From: a virus
Taxonomy: Duplodnaviria; Caudoviricetes
IMG/VR virus record: IMGVR_UViG_3300014208_000070
Span: 1 to 43,345 of that record
DNA: 43,345 bases
Reading direction: 5' to 3' (one strand)
The notes under the pieces were generated by a model, which was given only the letters and a program-made list of their open reading frames with translations, ran no database searches and was not told the DNA's origin. Below are positions 15,701 through 25,282 of the stretch, piece after piece. Numbering within the stretch: the stretch's first letter is position 1; the number at the start of each line of letters is the position of its first letter. A program made the translations under genes and the position numbers.

Positions 15701-17165
15701 AGAAACCGATCAACTCATACAGCTTGCTGCGGACTGCAGCAAGGACCCTCATAAATGGAGTTTATTAGCGTGGGATTGGGATTATGGCCAGCTTATCGGT
15801 CATCCCAATCCTCGCGCTTGGCAGACTGATACTAACCACATTATTCGGGATCATCTTCAAGATCCCGCAACCCGATTTCAACCGTTGAAAATAGCTGTGG
15901 CATCAGGTCATGGTATCGGTAAGACGGCTGAAATTGGCATACTGGTTAATTGGGCCTTGTCCACCTGCGAGGACTGTAAGGTTGTTATTACAGCCAATAC
16001 TGAGGCACAGCTGAGAACTAAAACCTCGCCTGAGGTTGGTAAGTGGTCGAGGATGTCTATTACTGCCGACTGGTTTGATGTTCAGTCCACCAGTATTGCT
16101 AGTTTAGATAAAGAGCATAACCAAGAGTGGCGTGCCAACTTTGTCACCTGGTCCAGAAACAATACTGAAGCGTTTGCCGGGTTGCATAACCAGGGCAAAC
16201 GAATACTACTTATCTTTGACGAAGCATCTGCGATCGATGATTCAGTCTGGACGGTTGCCGAAGGAGCGCTAACCGACGAACAGACCGAGATTATCTGGAT
16301 TGTATTCGGTAACCCAACGCGGAACTCCGGCGCATTTCGTGAGTGTTTCAGGAAGAATAGGCATCGCTGGATACACCGGCAAATAGATTCCCGTACAGTT
16401 GAGGGCACCAACAAAGCCCAAATTGCAAAATGGATTGAAGATCATGGCGAGGATAGCGATTTTGTCAAAGTCCGGGTTCGCGGCATGTTTCCTAATGTTT
16501 CAGCGAAACAGTTTATTGCTACTGCAGATGTTGACGCGGCCTTTGGTCGTGAAATACGTCCTGAATCGTTTAATTTTGCACCGAAGATTTTAACATGTGA
16601 TCCGGCGTGGCAAGGTGATGATGATCTTGTTATCTCAATGCGCCAAGGTCTTCATTTTCAAATACTCCGCGTTCTTCCAAAGAATGACAATGACATTCAG
16701 GTCGCCAATATATTGGCCAATCTGGAAGATGAGCATCAAGCCGATGCTGTTTTTATCGATGCCGGTTACGGAACGGGTATTGTGTCTGCCGGCACTACGA
16801 TAGGGCGAGATTGGACGTTGGTCTGGTCTGGTAGCGCGTCATCCGATCCAGGCTGTATCAATAAACGCATGGAAATGTGGAAGCTGATACGTGACTGGCT
16901 TAAATCCGGTGGCAGCATACCAAAGGATCAGGAGTTATATGACGAGCTGGTCTCGGCGGAAACGGTGCCTAGACTAGACGGCAAGATGCAGATGGAAAGC
17001 AAGAAAGATGCGAAGGCTCGCGGAATTCCATCGCCGAATAAATCCGACTCTCTTGGTTTGTCGTTGGCATTTCCGGTTTCTAAAAAACAACCGGGCGGCT
17101 ACAGCACACGAACACGCGAACAAGCTATACGCGGCCATGACCCGTTTGCAAGACCGCATCGATAA
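15687..17165 (+). CDS. terL: Terminase large subunit
   Basis: ASGHGIGKT Walker A, LIFDEAS Walker B, FGNPT, nuclease motifs CDPA, FIDAG, SPNKSDS. Confidence 0.95.
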   Translation: MSATKETDQLIQLAADCSKDPHKWSLLAWDWDYGQLIGHPNPRAWQTDTNHIIRDHLQDPATRFQPLKIAVASGHGIGKTAEIGILVNWALSTCEDCKVVITANTEAQLRTKTSPEVGKWSRMSITADWFDVQSTSIASLDKEHNQEWRANFVTWSRNNTEAFAGLHNQGKRILLIFDEASAIDDSVWTVAEGALTDEQTEIIWIVFGNPTRNSGAFRECFRKNRHRWIHRQIDSRTVEGTNKAQIAKWIEDHGEDSDFVKVRVRGMFPNVSAKQFIATADVDAAFGREIRPESFNFAPKILTCDPAWQGDDDLVISMRQGLHFQILRVLPKNDNDIQVANILANLEDEHQADAVFIDAGYGTGIVSAGTTIGRDWTLVWSGSASSDPGCINKRMEMWKLIRDWLKSGGSIPKDQELYDELVSAETVPRLDGKMQMESKKDAKARGIPSPNKSDSLGLSLAFPVSKKQPGGYSTRTREQAIRGHDPFARPHR

Positions 17166-17185
17166 ATTAACAACGAGGTAATGAT

Positions 17186-17434
17186 ATGTGTTTTGGGGGT
17201 AGTTCGCCGGCACCAGCAGTAGTGGCACCAACACCACCGCCAGATCCTATTCCACCACCGCCACCGCCACAATTGGCAAAGCAGCCCGATCAGGCAGCAG
17301 TTCGCGCGGATGCGGCATCTCAAAATGTGGCACAGGGCGGCGGCGATAAAAGTACGACCCTGCTTACCGGTGGAAAGGGTGATACATCGCCGTTAACCGA
17401 TAAGCTCGGCAAGAAAACCCTGTTAGGCCAGTAA
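17186..17434 (+). CDS. Small Pro-rich virion-associated protein
   Basis: MCFGG start, TLLTG...KTLLGQ end; conserved position before podovirus portals. Confidence 0.7.
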   Translation: MCFGGSSPAPAVVAPTPPPDPIPPPPPPQLAKQPDQAAVRADAASQNVAQGGGDKSTTLLTGGKGDTSPLTDKLGKKTLLGQ

Positions 17435-19110
17435 TGTCAGAAGAACAGTTTAAGCAGATCAATAAGCGTTGGTCTGCACTCAAGCAAGAGCGCGCCTCTT
17501 GGCTGACGCATTGGGCTGACATTTCAAATAATATTTTGCCGTATAACGGTCGCTATCTGGTTTCAGATCGGAATAAGGGCGGCAAACGCAATAATAATAT
17601 CTATGATAATACCGGCACACGCGCTTTGCGGGTGTTGACTGCTGGCATGATGTCTGGCATGACTAGCCCATCACGACCCTGGTTTCTGCTGTCTGTCGCC
17701 GACACCGATTTAATGAAGTATCAGCCGGTTAAGCTGTGGCTTAATGCGGTGTCCGAACAAATAAGCGGGGTTCTGGCCAAGAGTAATTGCTATCGTGTTT
17801 TGCACGGCATGTACGGCGAACTAGGCGCATTCGGTACATCTCCAGCGCTAATCGCCGAAGATTACAAGAACATCATTCATCTGCATCCGTTCACGGCAGG
17901 GCAGTATGCGATTGCAACAGACCACAAGGGCAATGTAGACACGCTTTACCGAGAGTTTGATACCACTGTCGGCAATATGGTTGGTGAGTTCGGCTTAGAG
18001 AACTGTTCGAATCCTGTACAAATTGCGTATAAGCGCGGGAAGCTGGACGATTGGCATACCATCATCCATGCCATTGAGCCTAGGGCTGATCGAGACACTA
18101 CTAAGAAGGACTCGATCAATATGCCGTTTTCCTCAGTGTATTTAGAGCGTAGCGGCGGGCAAAACAAATTACTGCGCGAGTCCGGCTACAAGTCGTTTCC
18201 TTGCGTTGTTCCTCGTTGGGAAACTGTCGGCGGTGACATCTACGGAGTATCTCCGGGCATGGATGCACTCGGCGACATCAAGCAGTTGCAAATGAATCAA
18301 TACCGCAAGTCTCAGGTCATTGATTATCAGGCCAATCCGCCGTTGCAGTTGCCGGTCGCGTTTAAGAACCGAGAGGCGCAACTTTTCCCTGGCGGGTTTA
18401 GTTATTACGACGAAACCACCGCCGCCCAAGGCATTAGAACGGCGTTTGAAGTTAAGCTCGACCTGAATTCTGTGTTGGTCGATATTCAGGATGTACGCAC
18501 ACGCATCAATTCGGCGTTCTATTCCGACCTGTTCTTGATGATAAGTCAGCAAGCCGCCGATGGTCGGATGACAGCCACCGAAGTTGCCGCACGCAACCAG
18601 GAAAAGCTACTTATGCTGGGCCCGGCATACGACCGGCTCAGCAATGAGCTGCTTGACCCGTTGGTCGAAACGGTATTTGAACGGCTGCTGATGGCGAACA
18701 TGCTGCCAGAACCACCGGAAGAGCTGCAAGGACACGGGCTTAATATCGAATACGTATCAATGTTGGCTCAGGCGCAACAGGCTGTAGCCATTAACTCTAT
18801 TGATCGGTTTGTATCTTCATTGGGCGCAGTTGCGCAGATAAATCCTAATGTTCTGGATAAATTTGATGCCGATCAGTGGGCGGATATAGCCAGTGAAAAA
18901 ATCGGCGTTCCCCCTGAATTAATTCGTGCTAGCAATAAGGTTGTGATGATTCGTCAAGAACGCGCAGCCGCACAGCAACAAGCGGAAAAGCAACAACAAA
19001 TGCAGGAAGCATCGCAAGTTTTAAAGAACGTTGGACAAACTTCCACGCAACCAGGCACAGCAGCGGGTGACGTACTGGCCGCACTAAAAGGAAAACAACA
19101 GAATGGCTAA
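17434..19110 (+). CDS. Portal / head-tail connector (T7 gp8, BPP-1-like)
   Basis: 558 aa; GMTSPSRPWF, PRW...YGVSP, MTATEV..R..EKLLMLGP. Confidence 0.93.
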   Translation: MSEEQFKQINKRWSALKQERASWLTHWADISNNILPYNGRYLVSDRNKGGKRNNNIYDNTGTRALRVLTAGMMSGMTSPSRPWFLLSVADTDLMKYQPVKLWLNAVSEQISGVLAKSNCYRVLHGMYGELGAFGTSPALIAEDYKNIIHLHPFTAGQYAIATDHKGNVDTLYREFDTTVGNMVGEFGLENCSNPVQIAYKRGKLDDWHTIIHAIEPRADRDTTKKDSINMPFSSVYLERSGGQNKLLRESGYKSFPCVVPRWETVGGDIYGVSPGMDALGDIKQLQMNQYRKSQVIDYQANPPLQLPVAFKNREAQLFPGGFSYYDETTAAQGIRTAFEVKLDLNSVLVDIQDVRTRINSAFYSDLFLMISQQAADGRMTATEVAARNQEKLLMLGPAYDRLSNELLDPLVETVFERLLMANMLPEPPEELQGHGLNIEYVSMLAQAQQAVAINSIDRFVSSLGAVAQINPNVLDKFDADQWADIASEKIGVPPELIRASNKVVMIRQERAAAQQQAEKQQQMQEASQVLKNVGQTSTQPGTAAGDVLAALKGKQQNG

Positions 19111-19396
19111 GCAATTATTTTCAGAGGCAAGCTGCACGCCCGGCATTACCAGCGCAACGGAGTACCAAGGCACAGCAGTTACCGCAGCAGATGCAACACC
19201 GCTCACCAATGGCCCTTGTTCTGCTATTTATGTGACCGGGGCTGGCAGCGTGGCCGGAACGCTGGCATCGGGCGGCACATTTTTACTGACGGGTTTATCA
19301 GCCGGGCAAATCGTCCGTATCAATGCCTCAATTATTGCAGCGACCAGCACCACAGCAACGGGCATCTATGCGTTGTACCCAGCAGGTAATCTGTAA
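19103..19396 (+). CDS. Head decoration / spike-base-like protein (RcGTA rcc01079-like), copy 1
   Basis: AVTAADATPL...AIYVTGAG...TSTTATGIYALY. Confidence 0.6.
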   Translation: MAKQLFSEASCTPGITSATEYQGTAVTAADATPLTNGPCSAIYVTGAGSVAGTLASGGTFLLTGLSAGQIVRINASIIAATSTTATGIYALYPAGNL

Positions 19397-19656
19397 TGAG
19401 CAAAGACATAATCAGCCCGAGAATTAACGCCCCGGCTTATCAATCGGCTGCCAATGTAACCCCTAGCGATTCAGTGGATTTGGCGGGCGGTGTTACCTCA
19501 GCGCTATTCATCGGCGGAGCAGGAACATTGAAAGTCACTATGGCAGACGGGACTACGCCAACGTTTACTTTCCCCGCTGGTTTTGCAATTGAACTATGCG
19601 TTACCCGTATTTGGTTAACCGGAACTACCGCAACGCTGGTTGTTGCGCTTTATTAA
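19396..19656 (+). CDS. Head decoration / spike-base-like protein (RcGTA rcc01079-like), copy 2
   Basis: VTPSDSVDL...ALFIGGAGTLKVTMADG...TGTTATLVVALY. Confidence 0.7.
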   Translation: MSKDIISPRINAPAYQSAANVTPSDSVDLAGGVTSALFIGGAGTLKVTMADGTTPTFTFPAGFAIELCVTRIWLTGTTATLVVALY

Positions 19657-19665
19657 GGGACTGAC

Positions 19666-20001
19666 ATGGCAATGAAATCAATGAAGCGCGAAGCCGACAG
19701 CGATGAATGTTGCGGCGGATGGACGCCCTCAAATTATCCCGGAGGATTATGTCTGTATCTGGATGAGGATCAATGTGAAAAACTCGGATTAACCAAAGCG
19801 CTAAAGGCTGGCACTCAAGTAACGCTGACTGCAAAGGCCGTGATCACCTCGTCTACCGAATCATTAGAACGCGACGGCGACGATAAAGGCACTGATGTTT
19901 GTTTGTCATTACAGATCACCGACCTTGGTGTTAACGCCCAAGGCGTGATGAAGAATGCCGCAGAAATGCTGTATGGCAAATCGACTGGCGAGAGCGATTA
20001 A
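19666..20001 (+). CDS. Capsid staple-like protein
   Basis: YPGGLCLYLDEDQCEKLGL...LQITDL...AEMLYG. Confidence 0.65.
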   Translation: MAMKSMKREADSDECCGGWTPSNYPGGLCLYLDEDQCEKLGLTKALKAGTQVTLTAKAVITSSTESLERDGDDKGTDVCLSLQITDLGVNAQGVMKNAAEMLYGKSTGESD

Positions 20002-20289
20002 GTGACCGATATCTTTGATCCAGACAACTTAGAGCGAGAGCAAAGAGCCGCCAAGCACCGTTTAAACCAACAAGCTATTGTTGATGATTTTAAAGAAGTC
20101 GCCAGTACCCATGCAGGCCGCCGGATGCTTCGCCGACTGGTAGATAGGTGCGGAATTTACCACAGCACTTACACAGGTGATGCGTTGCTGTTGGCGCATA
20201 AAGAAGGCCAACGCAGTATCGGGCTATCCGTACTGGAAGCGTTCGAGGACTTTCCTGATTTATACATTAAATTTTTAACGGAGAAATAA
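20002..20289 (+). CDS. Bbp19-like head protein
   Basis: DFKEVAST.AGRR.L...G...KEGQRSIGL. Confidence 0.7.
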   Translation: MTDIFDPDNLEREQRAAKHRLNQQAIVDDFKEVASTHAGRRMLRRLVDRCGIYHSTYTGDALLLAHKEGQRSIGLSVLEAFEDFPDLYIKFLTEK

Positions 20290-20292
20290 AGT

Positions 20293-20925
20293 ATGGCAGA
20301 AGAAACATTACCAGGGGCTGATCTAGCGCCATCCACCGATACGAACCTTGTATCTGATCCCGTCGCTATCGATCCTGCAACACCCGAAGCGAATGTCGAT
20401 CCCGCTGCCGATCCAGCCGCTATCGATCCTGCAACACCCGAAGCCCCCGCCGACTACGCCGAATTTACCGTACCCGAAGGGGTTCAGGTTAATCCAGAGG
20501 CAATGGCTGCGTTCAAGATTGCGGCCAAAGACATGGGGCTGACTCAAGAGCAGGCCCAGGGGCTTACTGATATGGGCGCACAAATGGCGCAACGTATCAC
20601 CCAAGAGCATGAAGCCAAGATTGAGCAGACCAAGAGCGACTGGGAAGCCAGTTCAAGAGCCGATAAGGAGTTTGGCGGCGACAAACTGGATGAAAATTTA
20701 GGCATTGCAAAGACAGCGCTTGATGCATTTGCAACGCCTGAGCTGAAAGAAATACTCACCACAACCGGCCTAGGAAATCATCCTGACCTCATCAGGATGA
20801 TGGTGAGAATTGGCAAGGCAATGAGCGAGGACACTTTAGTACCCGGAGGTAGATCATCTTCGTCTGAAGGTAAAAGCTTGGCAGAACGACTTTATAAAAA
20901 CCAACCCAACACAGGAATTAAATAA
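20293..20925 (+). CDS. Scaffolding protein
   Basis: Acidic Pro-rich N-terminus; DKEFGG, GLGNHPDLIR...IGKAMSED; precedes the capsid gene. Confidence 0.8.
   Translation: MAEETLPGADLAPSTDTNLVSDPVAIDPATPEANVDPAADPAAIDPATPEAPADYAEFTVPEGVQVNPEAMAAFKIAAKDMGLTQEQAQGLTDMGAQMAQRITQEHEAKIEQTKSDWEASSRADKEFGGDKLDENLGIAKTALDAFATPELKEILTTTGLGNHPDLIRMMVRIGKAMSEDTLVPGGRSSSSEGKSLAERLYKNQPNTGIK
20364..20444 (+). repeat. 27-bp in-frame direct repeat in the scaffold gene
   Basis: CGCTATCGATCCTGCAACACCCGAAGC at 20364-20390 and 20418-20444 (AIDPATPEA twice). Confidence 0.9.
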
Positions 20926-21923
20926 TGGCTACCCTACCTACTGCGATGACACTCGCCGACTGGGCAAATCGCCTAGACCCGAACGGTAACACTCCGGTTG
21001 TCGCCGAGCTTTTATCGCAATCGAACGAAATTTTAGAAGATGCTCTTTTTGTGGAAGGCAATTTGCCGACCGGTCACCGCAGCCATATTCGCGTTGGACT
21101 TCCAACCGTATACCTCCGTTCGGTCAATGCGGGTGTACCGACCAGCGAGTCGATAACTATTCCGGTTGATGACTCAACCAGTATGCTTGAAGCCTATGGC
21201 AAGGTCGATGCAGATTTGGCTATGCTTAACGATAACCTTGCTGCATTCAGGTTGTCGGAGGATGCACCGTTCTTGGAAGCAATGAACCAAACGCAAGCCT
21301 CTTTGATGCTGTATGGCAATCCCGCCACCGATCCCAAGCAATATTTGGGATTAATGCCACGCTTCGGATCATTGGGTGCTGGTAACGGTCAGAACATCAT
21401 TGATGCGGGCGGCACATCAGCGAACAATACCTCTATTCTGTTGGTTGTTTGGGGCGACAACACGGTATTTAACGTATTCCCGAAAGGCTCACAGGCGGGG
21501 TTGATCAGCGAAGATCTCGGCAAGATGACCGTATACGATGGTAACGGAAATCCGTACCAAGCCTATCAAAACCATTATCAGTGGAAAACCGGCCTGGTAG
21601 TTAAGGACTGGCGTTACGTAGTGCGTATTTGTAACATCAATACTGCCAATTTAGTTGCTGAAACCGCTGCGGCCGACATCATTAAATTGATGACCCGGGC
21701 GATGGATCGCATCCCTAACTTTGCGATGGGTAAAGCGGCGTTTTATATGAATCGTACCGTTCATTCCATGCTGCGCGTGCAGTCGTTGAACAAGTCTCAA
21801 AATGTGCTGAGCATTGAAAAGGGTTTGGATCAGTTCGGTCAAGCTAGGGCCTGGCGGGAATTCGAAGGCGTCCCTCTGCGTAGGGTAGATCAGATTTTAA
21901 ACACTGAAGCGAGGGTTGTGTAA
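20925..21923 (+). CDS. Major capsid protein (epsilon15 gp7 / Bbp17-like)
   Basis: ELLSQSNEILED...EGNLPTGH...GLVVKDWRYVVRICNI...DQILNTEARVV. Confidence 0.92.
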   Translation: MATLPTAMTLADWANRLDPNGNTPVVAELLSQSNEILEDALFVEGNLPTGHRSHIRVGLPTVYLRSVNAGVPTSESITIPVDDSTSMLEAYGKVDADLAMLNDNLAAFRLSEDAPFLEAMNQTQASLMLYGNPATDPKQYLGLMPRFGSLGAGNGQNIIDAGGTSANNTSILLVVWGDNTVFNVFPKGSQAGLISEDLGKMTVYDGNGNPYQAYQNHYQWKTGLVVKDWRYVVRICNINTANLVAETAAADIIKLMTRAMDRIPNFAMGKAAFYMNRTVHSMLRVQSLNKSQNVLSIEKGLDQFGQARAWREFEGVPLRRVDQILNTEARVV

Positions 21924-22393
21924 TGTTGACAGATGCCAATTTATTACTATCCGGTGCGGTATCGGCCGCCAATGTTTTAACGGCCCAAACCGTAACCGGT
22001 ACCGACACCTCGGTGTTATCGACCAATGCAATTGACTTGGGCATTGCCCGAGATGTAGGCGAAGGGGAACCATTATTTGGCCGGTTTGAATGTTTGACTT
22101 CTGCATCAGGAGGCACGTCTGTCGAAATGCAAATCATCGCATCAGATGCGGCGAATGGCACCGGTAACGTGCAGGTGATCGCATCCACCGGCGCTATTCC
22201 GGTTGCTTCTGTGATTGCGGGCGCTCGGTTTGCTGCAAGGCTTAATCCTCGCCTGGCATCAAAAGGCCAGCGCTACTTGACTGCGCGTTATGTATTCGTT
22301 GGCATCGTTGCAGCTGGCGCTTACGTGGCTGACATCGGCCTAGAAATTTCCGACGGACAGAAATTCTACGGCAGCGGCTTTGCTATTCTTTAA
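21923..22393 (+). CDS. Capsid cement protein (Bbp16-like)
   Basis: STNAIDLG..RDVGEGEPL...RYLTARY; coupled to the capsid gene. Confidence 0.8.
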   Translation: MLTDANLLLSGAVSAANVLTAQTVTGTDTSVLSTNAIDLGIARDVGEGEPLFGRFECLTSASGGTSVEMQIIASDAANGTGNVQVIASTGAIPVASVIAGARFAARLNPRLASKGQRYLTARYVFVGIVAAGAYVADIGLEISDGQKFYGSGFAIL

Positions 22394-22403
22394 GGGGGAT
22401 TAA

Positions 22404-22634
22404 GTGGCTAAATATAAAGTATTGGAAAAATCATTCATCAATGGTGCGCTCGTCGAAGAGGGGGAAATTATTGATTATGATGGCGAGCCTGGGCCCAACC
22501 TTGAGCCCGTCTCTAAAAAACGAAATACGGTGCAGACCGCAAAAACTAATGTGCCGGAAGACGGTAAACCAGAGGGTGGACAGGATGATGAAAATCCAGA
22601 AGGTGGAGAAGGTGGAGAAGGGGGTGAGCAATGA
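22404..22634 (+). CDS. Small head-associated protein
   Basis: AKYKVLEKSFING.L...PGPNLEP with acidic tail. Confidence 0.65.
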   Translation: MAKYKVLEKSFINGALVEEGEIIDYDGEPGPNLEPVSKKRNTVQTAKTNVPEDGKPEGGQDDENPEGGEGGEGGEQ

Positions 22635-22834
22635 GCGAGGTGAGGTTAAGAAAAACCATCATCCAGACCGTTCAAGCCAGTAAGGTTATTTCTATTACTG
22701 CCACGCTGGAGGATGGCTCTACCATTCAGGTTACCGGCCCGATCACGGTTGGCGACTACAACATCATCGATCAAAACGGCGAGCCCAGCATATTGAGCGC
22801 TGCGGACTATGCAGCTGAATTGGTGAGTGGCTGA
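22631..22834 (+). CDS. Hypothetical protein
   Basis: 67-aa coupled ORF. Confidence 0.55.
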   Translation: MSEVRLRKTIIQTVQASKVISITATLEDGSTIQVTGPITVGDYNIIDQNGEPSILSAADYAAELVSG

Positions 22835-23282
22835 CATGACTGATTCCGTTTACAAAAAAGTGACGGATGGTCTGGGCAATGTGAGCTTTGTGGAAATTTC
22901 ACAAAGCTCCAATTCTGACCAGCTCGCAACTACAGCCATCGGCATCGCTGGTGACTGGCTTGCTGCCCGTGCCGGTGAATCATCAACAGCCTTAGGCGCT
23001 GTTGCCGGAACGGCGCTTGCACCAACCATCGTTGACAATTTAACCCAGGCCGCCATCGGATTTGCGACCGGCAATTATCTGGCGGTAGTAACCAATGGCA
23101 TTCCTGCGGCCGTAGGTATTTTCGGCGCCATTGCCGCCATCATTACTCCCGATAAATCAAAAGGACCGACCGATGAAGAAATTCATGCTTCTGTTGCCCG
23201 TATGCCTCGTGATCAGCTTATTGGCCTGCTCCAGCAACCCGTCCAAACCGTGCAGTCAGACGCCGCCTCAGTACACAACTGA
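22827..23282 (+). CDS. Membrane protein, holin-like
   Basis: DWLAARAGESSTALG motif and hydrophobic helices (GIPAAVGIFGAIAAIIT). Confidence 0.5.
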   Translation: MADMTDSVYKKVTDGLGNVSFVEISQSSNSDQLATTAIGIAGDWLAARAGESSTALGAVAGTALAPTIVDNLTQAAIGFATGNYLAVVTNGIPAAVGIFGAIAAIITPDKSKGPTDEEIHASVARMPRDQLIGLLQQPVQTVQSDAASVHN

Positions 23283-23364
23283 GCAGTTAACGGCGATGAC
23301 TGATGATCGGCTTCGATCAGCCGCCGTCGATCATGAAATTTATCAGCGAGACTGCGCAAAGTAA
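23173..23364 (+). CDS. Lipoprotein, o-spanin (Rz1)-like
   Basis: AAGGA RBS, ATG 23173, MKKFMLLLPVCLVISLLA-C lipobox, Pro-rich, two more Cys; overlaps the upstream gene in another frame. Confidence 0.65.
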   Translation: MKKFMLLLPVCLVISLLACSSNPSKPCSQTPPQYTTEQLTAMTDDRLRSAAVDHEIYQRDCAK

Positions 23365-23379
23365 CGGTCGATAGGCGGA

Positions 23380-23604
23380 ATGACTATGCAAGAACACTCA
23401 GGCGGGTTGGCAAAATTTTTTGAATCATTCACTTATGTGATAGGAGTTCCAGTTACGGTGGCCGGAATCATTGATTTTATCGACCATCATACCTGGATAA
23501 TTAGCGCGGTCGGCATGTTCCTGACATTTAGCTCCAGTGTTTTTTTTAACTACCTTAATCATAGGGTCGTAAAAGAAAAAGCCAGCCAGGTTAACGACAA
23601 ATGA
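23380..23604 (+). CDS. Small two-TM protein, holin candidate
   Basis: 74 aa, two hydrophobic segments, charged C-terminal tail. Confidence 0.55.
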   Translation: MTMQEHSGGLAKFFESFTYVIGVPVTVAGIIDFIDHHTWIISAVGMFLTFSSSVFFNYLNHRVVKEKASQVNDK

Positions 23605-25262
23605 CTATACAGAGCACGCCCCGCAAAGCGGGACCCGCACAAGGGAATGGGGTAAATTCCGCGTTTCCGTTTACCTTTAAGGTTTTTGCTGTATCGGAAA
23701 TTGTCGTAACCTACCTTAATGCTGCAGGTGTTGAGTCTACTTTAGCGTTAACGACTGATTACACAGTCGAATTAAATGCAGATCAAAATACATCGCCTGG
23801 CGGCACAGTAACTATGTTATCCGCTCCAGCGACGGGAACGTATATTACATTAACATCTAATGTACCTTATTCCCAGGGCCTGCAAATAACCAATGCCGGG
23901 TTTTACCCTGAGTCGATAAATAATGCTCTGGATCGCGTAGTCATTCAGATACAGCAATTGGCCGAGCAAGTGAGTCGGTCAGTAAAGACCACGGTATCTA
24001 GCCTGATCACGCCAGATCAGCTGTTAAGCTCAATAGCGACTTCTGTTAACAATGCACTAAATTATGCTACGGCAGCGGGAAACAGCGCAACATCGGCGGC
24101 AGGCGCTGCAGTTACGGCCATTACAAAAGCCGATGAAGCAGCTGCCAGCGCCGCATCGGTTAATTTTCCGGTGCCTGTTGTGGCTGGAAACATGGTTCGC
24201 GGGAAGGCTGATCTTTCCGGATATGAAAGCCGAACACCTACGCAAGTATTATCTGACATAAAAGCATCACCCATTGTAAGAAATCATATTGACGGGCTAA
24301 AGTTGTCACAGTCTGGCGGAAACGCAATAATGTCAATATCTCCAGGTCAAACTACAGATAGCACGAACATCGTTACATATAGTCTTGCATCCATCCTAAA
24401 TAAAACAACAAACGCATGGGTAGTAGGTTCTGGGAATGGAGGGCTTGATGAGGGCGCGATAACAAATAATAACTGGTACAGGTGGTATCTGATTCAAAGG
24501 CCTGATACCGGCGTAGTGGACGCAGTATGCTCATTATCGAATGGAAATTCCGGCAATGTGACAATAAGCATTGCAAGTCCTGCCGTTGTTACATGGGCGA
24601 ATCATGGGCATGTGGCCGGTGCTGGGATTGTTTTTAGCACGACAGACGCGCTTCCAACTGGGTTGGTTGCTGGTACAAGGTACTACGTTATTTCAACTGG
24701 ATTAGCTGACGGTTCTTTTCAATTATCAGCAACAATTGGCGGGGCGGCAATTAATACATCGGGATCACAATCCGGTACTCATTCTGTAACTACACCACCA
24801 GCTTTACCAGCAAATTATACTTATTACCGTGAAATAGGGTCGGGTCTAACAGACGGCGCTGGACAATGGACAAAAATAATCCAAGATGGAGATTTTTTCC
24901 AGCATGATGTTATCCCAACTATGGGCACAACTACTAATCAGGGTACATCGGCTTTAGTTGAAGGGGCTATTGTTCCTAAAGGAAAGAGAATAAAAGCGCT
25001 ACTTAATATAATGCTTATTAATGGCGCGACCCCGACCGGTATTTTGGTCAGTGATTTATCAATATCAGATGGTGCTGTTGCAACCGACGCAAGCCCATTG
25101 CCGCAAATAATTTGTGGCGTTGCAAATCAGCCTGCCTCCGGACAAATAGAAGTCATGGTAAATACAAATGCAAATTTCAGGACAAGATTAACTTTTTCAG
25201 ATGCTAGTACAGTTGTTAGGCTATGTACGGCAGGATGGTATGATTATCGTGGTAAAAATTAA
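23601..25262 (+). CDS. Tail fibre / receptor-binding protein
   Basis: T7-type N-terminal adaptor (GNGVNSAFPFTFKVF...FYPESINNALDR), Ala-rich stalk, beta-rich C-terminus. Confidence 0.85.
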   Translation: MTIQSTPRKAGPAQGNGVNSAFPFTFKVFAVSEIVVTYLNAAGVESTLALTTDYTVELNADQNTSPGGTVTMLSAPATGTYITLTSNVPYSQGLQITNAGFYPESINNALDRVVIQIQQLAEQVSRSVKTTVSSLITPDQLLSSIATSVNNALNYATAAGNSATSAAGAAVTAITKADEAAASAASVNFPVPVVAGNMVRGKADLSGYESRTPTQVLSDIKASPIVRNHIDGLKLSQSGGNAIMSISPGQTTDSTNIVTYSLASILNKTTNAWVVGSGNGGLDEGAITNNNWYRWYLIQRPDTGVVDAVCSLSNGNSGNVTISIASPAVVTWANHGHVAGAGIVFSTTDALPTGLVAGTRYYVISTGLADGSFQLSATIGGAAINTSGSQSGTHSVTTPPALPANYTYYREIGSGLTDGAGQWTKIIQDGDFFQHDVIPTMGTTTNQGTSALVEGAIVPKGKRIKALLNIMLINGATPTGILVSDLSISDGAVATDASPLPQIICGVANQPASGQIEVMVNTNANFRTRLTFSDASTVVRLCTAGWYDYRGKN

Positions 25263-25282
25263 CAACAATAAGGTGTAATTTT

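Noticed and set aside
22598-22630. GAAGGTGGA tandem repeats
   Set aside because: Low-complexity EGG tail; not a CRISPR array or contingency locus
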